Source: Octopus bimaculoides
Taxonomy: Eukaryota
Assembly: GCF_001194135.2 (NCBI RefSeq)
Contig: NC_068991.1
Coordinates: forward strand, 42,187,969-42,243,776
Direction of reading: 5' to 3'
DNA: 55,808 nucleotides
Shown here in pieces: positions 1 to 11,613 of this stretch (position 1 is its first letter; each line of letters starts with the position of its first letter). The position numbers were made by a program, and so were the translations under genes. The notes under the pieces were generated by a model, which had not been told where the DNA came from, ran no database searches, and worked only from the letters and a program-made list of their open reading frames with translations.

Positions 1-234
1 TTTTTTTTTTTTTTTTTTTTTTGCATAATCGTATGAATTCCCGAGTATAGAACACAAATGCACAAAAGTTTTCTAAAAATTCCAAAATTATTATTATTAT
101 TACTACTCTGCTGAGGTTAACTTTGTCATTCATCCTTCCGAGAGTTGAAGGGATGCTTAAACCAAAATTGTCGATAAATGTTCCTCTTTACAATGAATAT
201 AAATGCAACACGTTTCCAATAATAATTGTTTCAA

Positions 235-916
235 CATAGGTACAAAGCCAGCAATATTGAGGGGAGAGGTAGTAATCAATACCATCAACATCAGTACTTG
301 ACAAATATTTAGTATTTTATGACCATGAAAGAAGGAAAGGCAAAGTTAACTATGGAGGAATTTGAACTCAGAAATTAAACAGCTGAAAGAGACACCACTA
401 TGCATTTTATGTGATGCGCTTACAATTTTGCTAACTTGCCTCCTTAACTAATACATAAAAAATCCTTTCTACTCAAGGCACAAGGCCTGAAATTCTGGAG
501 GAGAAGCTAGTCGACCACATTGACCCCCAGAACATGACTGGTACTTAATTTATCAACCCCGAAAGGATGAAAAGCAAAGCCAACCTTCACAGAATTTGAA
601 CTCAGAACACAAAGTTGGACAAAATGCTATTGAGTATTTTGCCTGGCATGTTAATGAAGTTGCTGGCTCACAAACTTAATGATAATAATAATGATAATAA
701 TCTTTTCTTCTATAAGCACAAGGCCTGAAATTTGGTGGGAGGGGATAAGTCGATTATATCAACCCCAGTACTTGACTGGTATTTATTTTATCAACCCTGA
801 AAGGATGAAAGGCAGAGTTGACCTCGGCAGAATTTGCACTCAAAACATAAAGATGGACGAAATGCTGCTAAGCATCTTTTCCAGAGTGCTAACAATTCTG
901 CTGGCTTGCAAACTAA
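235..916 (-). mobile_element. Three tandem copies of tRNA-derived SINE family A (about 235-447, 461-677, 698-916)
   Basis: Repeated about 210-bp unit (…ggcacaaggcctgaaatt…gaaaggatgaaaggcaaagt…gaatttgaactcag…) with B-box-like GAGTTCAAAT on the - strand and an (ATT)n tail. Many further copies occur in the window. Confidence 0.8.
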
Positions 917-944
917 ATAACAACAACAACAACAACAATAATAA

Positions 945-1627
945 TAATTGGCTGCAGTATACTTCAGCCGTGATTGATGAACCAGGTTTAATGAAAATCA
1001 TAATGGATCACACCTGTGCCAGACCACCAAACACACACCATCAGCTTCTTTTGATGAATTTTGCTTTTTGGACTGTGTTTTGGTGGCTTGACTTTGTCCA
1101 ACTATTGTGCTGAACGTTTACAGTTGTTGTATTGGATCTATCTCTCATCACATTACAATTCAATTAAAAAATGATTCATTTTTGTGACAAGAAAGTAGCA
1201 TAATGCAGGCTTCCAAACATTGCTGTTTCTGACTTTCATTGAGTTCATGTGGAACCCACTTATCCAACTTTTTCACTTTACCAATTTGAACTAGGTGAGT
1301 CAGTATTGTTTGCTTGCTAACACCAAACAACGATGATAATTCACAGGCGCTTTGAGATGGATCTGACTCGACGGTGGCTTTCAGTTTGTCATTATCCACC
1401 TTTGTTTCTGGTCGACTGTGTTGCTCATTTGTGAGGTCAAAGTTACCAGAACAAAATTTTGCAAACCAATTTGATACTGTCTACTGTGTAATAACATTGG
1501 AATAAAATACTCCATTAATATTCCGAGCTGCTTGTGATACTCTATTTCTAAAAAAGAACTCATATTTCAAAACTGTATGAATTTCCAACTTATCCATCTC
1601 TAAACAAAAATAGCAAAACACGATTTA
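945..1627 (-). mobile_element. Degenerate mariner transposase (N-terminal to catalytic D)
   Basis: ORF 1160-1399 has a helix-turn-helix-like segment and the WVPHEL motif. The downstream frame reads CDEKWIQYNN…KKLMVCVWW. Frameshifts and stops are present, and the 5' end runs into the N gap at 1628. Confidence 0.9.
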
Positions 1628-2078
1628 NNNNNNNNNNATATATATATATATATATATAAGGCTACAAATGACAATGATAAGTACCACAAGAGAATTTTTC
1701 TTTATCAAAGGCAATGGGAAGGGGTGACCTAAAGAACAAATATGAAATTTGGAAACAGATTTCAGATAAAGGTCAAGTATGACAAGTTACAGTGCTTTGA
1801 TTCATCATTTCATGAACAAACCTGAAAAGAAAATAAACAGCAAATCCGTCTATTCTCAACAGGGAAGATTATTTTTTTTCAAATGCTCCATGTAAAAGCT
1901 GACATATTTAGATAACTTTTTTGAGACAGAGGTTTGGCAGTTTTTACAAAATAACAGTGTAATTAATTCATTTTAATGAGACATGAGGTTACTTATTCTA
2001 TCAATTTCCAGGTTAAAATTTAAATTAATTCTACAGAAATTAAGTGCAAACACAAGGCACAGTAGCTTGAGTATCTTC

Positions 2079-2303
2079 TATGAGGGTGTGCTAAAAAAGT
2101 TCCTGGCTTTAAAGGTATTGTGAAAGGTCTGATTGCAGGCCCAACCTTCTCAGTTCTTTTATGGGGCTTAGAAAAACTGAAGAACCATTGCAATAGGTGT
2201 GTGAATCTGAGTGATGGTGGATATGTGGAATAAAATCATAATTAACTAATCCTCCTGTATTTTCTTTTAACAAAAGCCAGGAACTTTTCAGCACCCTCTC
2301 GTA
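2079..2303. mobile_element. Tc1/mariner-type MITE with TA TSD
   Basis: ta|tgagggtgtgctaaaaaagttcctggcttt … aaagccaggaacttttcagcaccctctcg|ta: imperfect TIRs of about 30 bp. Confidence 0.8.
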
Positions 2304-2600
2304 TACAACCAAGTCAACTAATGCTTTATGAGTGAATTTAGTAGCAGGAAACCCCTCTTTCTTTTGTTATTCTTTTAATCTTTTAGTCAAGAGAGAGGGG
2401 AATGCTCATGACACTTAATGGGATTTCTGATATTGGTGAGAAAGAATAGTGAAGGTACCCTCAAGCTGGAGACTTCGCCTGAATACTTGCAACAGAGTAA
2501 ATTCCACTACTGACACAAGGTGGGGGTGTTAATCCAGGTGATGGAATAAGTCTACCACCCAGATCTGTGTGTGTACACAAATGTACCTGAATATTGATAA

Positions 2601-3076
2601 CACTGTAACAAAAATTCTAATTTTTAAATTAAAAAAATGTTTTTTTTTTACTTTGGTCAATAAGTGTGTTATTTCCTATTTGCTTATATCTAAAAATTAA
2701 AGGAAATGACTACTATTCCCTTCAAACTTTGCTTTTGTCACCAGGACATCAATGTTTTGAAACTCACCTATTTGCCATTCATTTCAGACTGATTCAGCAC
2801 CGAGTTGCTGAAGCAAAGATGTCATTATAGCAAATATTCTGTTCGATACCATAGATTTGCTTGACCCTTAGTGGCTGACAATATGTGCATCTCTGATCAT
2901 GAGCAGGAGTGGTGGGGGAATATCATAGTCATATGTTGAGAGGAATTCTTTAGGGTTTGAATAAATGTAACAAAAGCAAATTTTGAAGAAAATATTAGCC
3001 ATTTTTCATATTTTCTTAAGTAAGCAAATAAGAAATAATAGCTGCTACCCAAGAACAGAAATTGTCTTACACAGTG
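2601..3076. mobile_element. Non-autonomous DNA transposon family C, copy 1
   Basis: CACTG…CAGTG ends. Internal sequence (…aaaggaaatgactactattcccttcaaactttgcttttgtcac…) is shared with 6636-7296 and about 24410-24868. Confidence 0.75.
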
Positions 3077-4079
3077 TAATCCATACTGCTTCAGCAAAAC
3101 AACTAGTTACATTCCTTGTTAACTTTAAGATCAGTTACTCAACACTTTTCCTAAGTCTGGGGTCTAAAACCTGTAAGATGTAAGGATTGGTGACATGAAG
3201 AACATCTGGCTGTAAAATTTTACCACAATCAAATTCCTGTCCAATCCGTGTAAGCATGAAAACATAGACATTAAATAAATGAATTGTTTAATATCCACTT
3301 TTCCAACTTTGTACATGTCAGACAGAATTCAGTGAGGCAAAGCAGATTTTCTATAGGCAGATGCCTTTCTTGTTGCTAAACCTCACTTATTTCTGTGTGA
3401 GGTAATGTTTCACATGTTTCTACAGATTGGAAACAAATGACACCACTTGTAAGATGGGGACACTTGTTTACAACTATCATGTGATTCAAGACTAAGTGAC
3501 ATAAGCACACATACCTGTTCACTTTTACAGATGTTTTTCCATGCATGGGTTAGACAAAGATAGTATTGAGGCATTATTTTATAGCCAAATGCCCTCCATG
3601 ATGCTAACCCTTACCTGTTTTTCAAGTAAAGGATCTCTTATTCCACTTATCTTTGAAGGCAAGAAATAAGTTGATTTGTTCAAAGGAGAAGCTCCAACAA
3701 TAATACTCAAATGTCATAACTTCTGTACAAGAGAGCACAAATGTAAACAAAACACACACACACACACACACACATGCATTATACACAAACACACACACAC
3801 ACAGAGGCTTCTTTCAGTTTCCACCAACAAAATCTACTCATGAGGCTTTGATCAGCTTTGAGCTTTAGTAAAAGACTTTTGCCCAAGGTGCCAAGCAATG
3901 GGACTGGACCTAAAATCATATAGATATGAAGCAAACTTACAAATGAATGAATATGTTAAACATTTATTTAGCCTAACACTTACATCTATTGACTTCCTAT
4001 TTTCAAATAACTAAATAATGGAACAAGGAAAAACAAGTTCGAGAAATAATTTATTAAAAAAAGCAGATAATTTTTTCCA

Positions 4080-4085
4080 TTTATT
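4080..4085 (-). terminator. Putative polyadenylation signal AATAAA of NPC2-like gene
   Basis: tttatt on the + strand, about 45 nt downstream of the exon 4 stop. AT-rich context makes chance occurrence possible. Confidence 0.45.
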
Positions 4086-4129
4086 TATCTCATTCACTAT
4101 AAATGCAGTAAGGTAACTACACATCAAAG

Positions 4130-4210
4130 TTAAACTAGCAGAGCACTGATTTCAAAGCAGAAAACAAATGCTTGTTCTTGCATAACCAACCATTTGATGA
4201 TGACCAATAA
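4130..4210 (-). CDS. NPC2: NPC2-like exon 4 (terminal coding exon)
   Basis: Acceptor tgtttatttctttcag|TTA, phase 0. Encodes [26 protein letters not shown], which aligns with human [27 protein letters not shown] and supplies the sixth Cys. Confidence 0.88.
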   Translation of the reverse strand, partial: LLVIIKWLVMQEQAFVFCFEISALLV

Positions 4211-5628
4211 CTGAAAGAAATAAACAGATTTGAATAAACAAAATATAAATTCAAGATCACAACAGTCAATGACAAATTGGAAAAGTTACAAATTTGCAAA
4301 ATTTTTTATTTTTCATACACTGTAGTCTAAAATTATAGTTTTAGTCACATTTTACTATTTTTGTACTTTGTCAGAGCATTTGTTACAAAAAATGTCATAG
4401 AAAGTTATCTATATAGGTGCAGGAGTGGCTGTGTGGTAAGTAGCTTGCTTACCAACCACATGGTTCTGGGTTCAGTCCCACTGCATGGCACCTTGGGCAA
4501 GTGTCTTCTACTATAGCTTCGGGCCTACCAAAGCCTTGTGAGTGGATTTGGTAGACGGAAACTGAAAGAAGCTTGTCGTATATATGTATATCATCATCAT
4601 CATCATCATCATCGTTTAACGTCCGCTTTCCATGCTAGCATGGGTTGGACGATTTGACTGAGGACTGGTGAAACCGGATGGCAACACCAGGCTCCAGTCT
4701 GATTTGGCAGAGTTTCTACAGCTGGATGCCCTTCCTAACGCCAANNNNNNNNNNNNNNNNNNNNNNNNNNNNNNNNNNNNNNNNNNNNNNNNNNNNNNNN
4801 NNNNNNNNNNNNNNNNNNNNNNNNNNNNNNNNNNNNNNNNNNNNNNNNNNNNNNNNNNNNNNNNNNNNNNNNNNNNNNNNNNNNNNNNNNNNNNNNNNNN
4901 NNNNNNNNNNNNNNNNNNNNNNNNNNNNNNNNNNNNNNNNNNNNNNNNNNNNNNNNNNNNNNNNNNNNNNNNNNNNNNNNNNNNNNNNNNNNNNNNNNNN
5001 NNNNNNNNNNNNNNNNNNNNNNNNNNNNNNNNNNNNNNNNNNNNNNNNNNNNNNNNNNNNNNNNNNNNNNNNNNNNNNNNNNNNNNNNNNNNNNNNNNNN
5101 NNNNNNNNNNNNNNNNNNNNNNNNNNNNNNNNNNNNNNNNNNNNNNNNNNNNNNNNNNNNNNNNNNNNNNNNNNNNNNNNNNNNNNNNNNNNNNNNNNNN
5201 NNNNNNNNNNNNNNNNNNNNNNNNNNNNNNNNNNNNNNNNNNNNNNNNNNNNNNNNNNNNNNNNNNNNNNNNNNNNNNNNNNNNNNNNNNNNNNNNNNNN
5301 NNNNNNNNNNNNNNNNNNNNNNNNNNNNNNNNNNNNNNNNNNNNNNNNNNNNNNNNNNNNNNNNNNNNNNNNNNNNNNNNNNNNNNNNNNNNNNNNNNNN
5401 NNNNNNNNNNNNNNNNNNNNNNNNNNNNNNNNNNNNNNNNNNNNNNNNNNNNNNNNNNNNNNNNNNNNNNNNNNNNNNNNNNNNNNNNNNNNNNNNNNNN
5501 NNNNNNNNNNNNNNNNNNNNNNNNNNNNNNNNNNNNNNNNNNNNNNNNNNNNNNNNNNNNNNNNNNNNNNNNNNNNNNNNNNNNNNNNNNNNNNNNNNNN
5601 NNNNNNNNNNNNNNNNNNNNNNNNNNNN

Positions 5629-5661
<33 letters not shown>

Positions 5662-8600
5662 ATATGTTTGTGTATCTGTGTCTGTCCCCCCAGCATCGCT
5701 TGACAACCGATGCTGGTGTGTTTACATCCCCATAACTTAGCAGTTCGGCAAAAGAGACCGATAGAATAAGTATTAGGCTTACAAAGAATAAGTCCTGGGG
5801 TTGATTTGCTCGACTAAAGGTGGTGCTCCAGCATGGCCGCAGTCAATTGACTGAAACAAGTAAAAGAGTAAAGAGAGTATAATTTCAAGTTGGTGCAGAT
5901 GTAGCTGCATGATTGAGAAGCTTGCTTCCCAAACGTGTGGTTTCAGGTTCAGTTTCACAGTGTGGCACCTTGCGCAAATACTTTCTATTATAGCCCTCAT
6001 CATCATCATCATTATCATTTAACGTCCGTTTTCCATGCTGGCATGGGTTGGACGGTTTGACTGAAAACTGATAAGCAGGAGAGTTGCACCAGGTTCCAAT
6101 CTGATTTGGCATGGTTTCTACAATTGGATGCCCATCCTAACACCAATCACTCCAAAAGTGTAGTGGGTTCTTTTTACTTGCCACTGGCATGAGTGCCAAT
6201 TATGAAACACCAGCATCAGCCACAACTACAATCTCACTTGGCTTGACAGATCTTCTCAAGCATAGTATATTGCCAAGGGCCTCAGTCACTTGTCACTGCC
6301 TCCATGAGGCCCAAAGTCTAAGTCTTGGGCCAATTAAAACCCTGTAAGTGGATTTGGTAGATGGAAACTGAGAGAAGCCCATAATATGTATGTGCATGAG
6401 TGTTTGCTTGTTTAAACGTTTTTGTATGTAAATGTGTGTGCATGTGTGTTTTTGTCTTTTCCCTTTCATTGGCATTACATGACAACTGTAAATGACCACC
6501 TTGCCTGGAAGCAGGTGACAGCTGGCAACATGAAGGACATCTGGCTATCAAAAATCTGCTTCAATGAAGTCACACCTGATACATGCAAGCATGGACAAGT
6601 AGACATTAAAACAATAATGATGATGTTCATGATTACAGTGTAACAAAATTTTTCTTTCTTTGTCTTTGATCAGTAAGTGTGTCATTTCCTATTTGCTTCT
6701 ATCTAAAAATTAAAGGAAATTACTACTATTCCCTTCAAACTTTGCTTTTGTCACTTGGACATCAATGTTTTGAAACTCACCTATTTTCCATTCAATTCAG
6801 ACAGATTCAGTACTGAGTTACTGAAGCAGAANNNNNNNNNNNNNNNNNNNNNNNNNNNCATTTCCTATTTGCTTCTATCTAAAAATTAAAGGAAATTACT
6901 ACTATTCCCTTCAAACTTTGCTTTTGTCACTTGGACATCAATGTTTTGAAACTCACCTATTTTCCATTCAATTCAGACAGATTCAGTACTGAGTTACTGA
7001 AGCAGAAATAACATTATAGCAAATATTCTGCTCACTATCACAGATTTACTTGTCAGTTGCTTGACCTTAACCACTTGAGCATGTTCCTTAGTGGCTAACG
7101 ATATGCTTGTCTCTGATCATGAGCAGGAGCAGTGGGGGAGCATTATAGCCATGTGTTGAGAGGAATTCTTTAGGGTTTGAATAAATGTAACAAAAGCAAA
7201 GTTTGAAGGAAATATTAGCTATGTTTCATACTTTCTAGGGGTAAGCAAATAGGAAATAACAGTTGCTACCAAGGATAAAAATTGTGTTACGCAGTGCTAT
7301 TCAAGACAAAAAAAAAAGCACTTTTTATGTCTCTTCCTGCACACTTGCAACCTACCCACCTACACATTACTGCCCTTTCTCTAATTCTTCCCCTGTCAAC
7401 TGCATTATTGGTATTACTGCTTTATTGCTTTTCACCCCTTTCTGCAGTCAACTATTATCTACTCCCTTCTAACTCATCATTAACTACCCTTCAACCCTTG
7501 TTTGTCAGTCATTGTTTATCTATTGTATTCACCTTCTCACCCTTTCTCTATCTCTAACCATCCTTCACACACTGCTATACACTCTTGCAATCTGTACATA
7601 CCCACACACTGTTCTTCAGTCCCCCACTAACTTCTAATCACCTTGTACCTTGAGAGTCCTCCCTGACTATCACTGCTATTTTGTCTCTCTAGTTCCACCC
7701 TGGCCACTCATCTACAATGTGAGTAGCCATGTAGCCCCACCCCACCTCTACAGCAAGAAACCTCTCCTCACACATTTTCTTTTGTTCATCTTGTAGCATA
7801 AAGCCACCTCCCTCTTGTCTATAGCCATACTCAGTCAAAGCAGATCTTAGTTTTATGAGCTGCATGACAACCTCACTTGTGGTGATGCTCAGGAAAAAGT
7901 GTGGCATTACAAAAAAACATCCAGTCATAGAAACCATGCCAAAACAAACACTGGAGCACAATGCAGTCTTTGGACTCAGTGGATCCTGTCAAACCATTCA
8001 ACTCATACCAGCACGTAAGATGGCCATTAAAAGATAATGACTTCAGAGTTATATCTTTTTGTAACTCAGAGCACTTATTTCTTCAATTTGTAAGTGCAGA
8101 AGACAACTGCATAAAGAAGTGCCAATCTAACTGTGGAGGGAACCTGCGGAAGAGGTAGACCCAAGAAAACATGGAATGAGGTGGTGAAGTACAATCTTAG
8201 GATGTTGGATCTCACAGAACTAATGACAAGTGACCGAGACCTTTGGCAATTTGCTGTGCTTGAGAAGATACATCAAGCCAAGTGAAATTGAAGTCATGCC
8301 CAGCACTGGTGACACATTAAAAGGCACCGATTACGCTCTGTAGAGTGGATTGCATTAGGAAGGGCATCCAGCCATAGAAACCAAGCCAAAACAGATTAGA
8401 ACTTGGTGCAGCTCTCTGGCTTACCAGTTCCCATCAAACTGTCTAACTCATATCATTATAGAAAACAGATGATGATGATGATGGCAATGTAACATTAAGG
8501 TTTTAAATTACTAACTTCAATAGTTCAAACCCAACTACGGACATTGTTTTTGCATTTAATCATAGCACATTACTGTTTGCTTTCACCATCATTTAATGTC

Positions 8601-11575
8601 AAACTTCCATGCTGGTACGAGTCAGATGGTTTGATAGGATGTGATGAGATAGAGGACTGTATCATGAACCAGTGTCATCTTTGACATGGTTTCTATAGCT
8701 GGGCACACTTTGTAATGCCAACCACTTTAGAGTGTGCTGGGTGTTTTTTGTCATGGTGCCAGTAATACTTGCCTCATATCTTGCAAATCTAAGGGCTAAA
8801 AATGGACCCTCTATCAGGGTAAACAGAAGAGAGAGAGTGGATAACCCCAGATGGAGGGATGAAAGAATGATAAGAAGGAAAGAATGGAAGAGTATAGCAG
8901 GGAAAGGGATTAGTGACAGGGTTGAGATAAAGACAGATAGAGTTGGAAAGGTGATAGGTTGGGTTGTGTAAGTGAGTGTACAGGGCTATCCAGAAATATA
9001 AAAGAATAGTGACAGGTTTGGGAAAATAGAAGGGATGGAGTTAAAAAGATGTTTGGGTCTCTCAACTTGAAAACACACCTATTCCACATCATGATTGATT
9101 GGTTTAATGTTGGAAAAGGCTCAGTGTTGTAGAATAATACAAAAATAAGCAAAATTCCAGAGCTATTTCATTCCTATTTCCAATGCAGATCAGAATGTAA
9201 ATCTTACCTCAGACAGAGAGAGAGAGAGATTTTATTTTTATCTATTTACTTCTACTTTTGTGTGAAATGAAATCACAGAGTTTATTGGCATATCTGTGAA
9301 GCAGCTCAAGAAAATTTCAATCTTGCAGATACATCTGTCATTATTGCTTTAATATTTTCAATGATTGCATGAGTCAGACAGAATTTGTTGAGACAGATTT
9401 TCTATGGTCAAATATGCCTTTCCAGTCACCAATCCTTACTTGTCTCCAAGCAAGGCAATATTTCTCTACAGCCAAACATTGTTTTTATGGAAAACTGGAA
9501 ATGAAGGACACCACTTGTATGATGGTGAGTCTTGTTTACAACCATCATGTGATGTTAAGACAAGAGAACACAAACACACAACAGCTTCCATTTATCAAAT
9601 CCACTCACAAAGCTTTAGTCAGTAGACATATCCAGTAGACACAAATTAAATGAAAATGAATGCATAAAAAATATAGGCTATATAATTTCACTTTAAAATA
9701 TTAGTGATAATAAGATATAGGGAACCTCTAAGTGATCATTCAAGCAGCTAGAAACAGAAGTCAAATCTACCTTAAATCATGTCTTAGGAAAGAATTCAAC
9801 AATAATGACAAAAACTATTTACTAGTAGGTTGCCCCAACTCAGAAATAAAGAGAAATTCTAGGCAAATTGTATCTATTTTATCCATTAACATGAGCAAAG
9901 CCATAAATAAATGGGGGTTTTTTTTTGCTGTATCAGAACCAAGCAGTGTTTAAGCAAAAGTGAACTTTATTTTAGTTAAAATATGTCTGTGACATATTCT
10001 ACTTCTAAAGGCAAATTCACTCCAGTTACCGTGGAGAAAAAAAAGCTGCAATGAATTTGCCTTTAGAAGCTGAAATGTCAAAAACCTATTTTAACTTAAC
10101 CAAAATTTGATTATGCCTAAACACTGCTTTGTTCTGATACCAATGAATTTCTTCTGACTTGGTGGTCTTATAGCGCAAATCAGTCAATGTTGGTGAGTGT
10201 GTTTAAGTTAAAGCTATGGCTTTAAATCTGTCTAGAGTTACCTCATTTTAGTATTTCCCATTGACAACAGCTAAAAATGCAGCATCCAGAAATCCAAAGT
10301 GGGGTAGCACTGGATAGATATGGTGTTTTTACACCTTTTTACTATGAGAGAATTTTTCTTCAAAGTAACTGCAGTGAATTTGCCTTTAGAAGTTGAAATA
10401 TGTCACAAACATATTTCAACTAACCAAAAGTTTGCTTATGCCTAAACACTGATGGGTTCTGATACTGCTGTAATTATTTTATGACCTGGCGGTCTAATGG
10501 CACAAATCAGTCAATGTTGCTACAGCTTTAATTAAGTATGTCCAGAGTTGCGTCTCTTCAGTACTTTCTATTGATAATGGCTAGAGTTAGAAATATGTCT
10601 GGGAATCTGACAGGGGACAGCACTGAACAAATATGGTGTTTTTACACCTTTTTACCATAAGAGAGAATTTTTTTTCTCCATAGTAACTGCAGTGAATTTG
10701 GCTTTAGAATTTGAAATATGACACAAACATATTTTAACTAACCTAAATATATTTTTGTTTCTTAATCATGTTAATTCAATAGAGTTAATGACTTATTCAG
10801 AGACACTAATGAGTATAAATAGTCAAGGAGGAAAACGCAAATATTTCATGTTTGTAATAATTGCTGTTTAATTACTTCTAATTCAAATTGCTTTCATTAA
10901 CTCTAATTGGTGTTCAGATAGACGAGCCAATGTACATAAACTTTACCAGTTCACTAATCATTCCAATATGTTACTAATATTTTTTAGCAGGTTTGATAAG
11001 CAATGCTATTCTTCCTAGAATTTCATTTTCTCTTACATGTAAGCCTTTAAACTCTTGGCTAAATATAAATAATGTTCAAGTACAGAATGCAAAAATTTCA
11101 CTCTTTATGATATATCTTCTATAAGGTGAGAATTATCTATAATCTTTTATTTTTTACTTGTTTCAGTCATTAGACTGCGGCCATGCTGGGGTACCACCTA
11201 AAAGAACTTTTAGACCCCAGTACTTATTTTTTTTAAACCTGGTACTTATTCTATTGATATCTTTTGCCAAACTGCTAAGTTGTAAGGATATAAATACATC
11301 AGCACTAATTGTCTAACGATAGTGGGGGACAAACAGAAACACAGACACACACACACATATATATATAATGATCGGCCATTATTATGATTGACCGTTGACT
11401 GAACACTATTCAATTTTTTTTTCTCCGTGTTTTTCTCCTTGTCTCTGTATTCTTTCTGTTGAAGAGCGTAGCTCGAAACGTCAAAGACTTTCCGTATTCC
11501 CGAGCGTCATACTAATATATACTTTTGTTATTTACACCACCTGTCCTCGTCTGTTGTTATTATTTGTATATTCTC

Positions 11576-11613
<38 letters not shown>

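Noticed and set aside
679-1113. 144-aa + strand ORF with poly-Asn
   Set aside because: It is the antisense reading of a SINE, an (AAC/AAT)n tract and the mariner relic.
4668-5735. Long ORFs of 300-380 aa in the ORF track (also 45911-47135, 49306-49755, 19599-20099)
   Set aside because: They are mostly X residues read through N gaps, flanked by LINE tails or microsatellites.
6660-7030. Direct duplication of about 150 bp on both sides of gap 6832-6858
   Set aside because: Identical sequence either side of a short gap is the signature of unmerged contig overlap.
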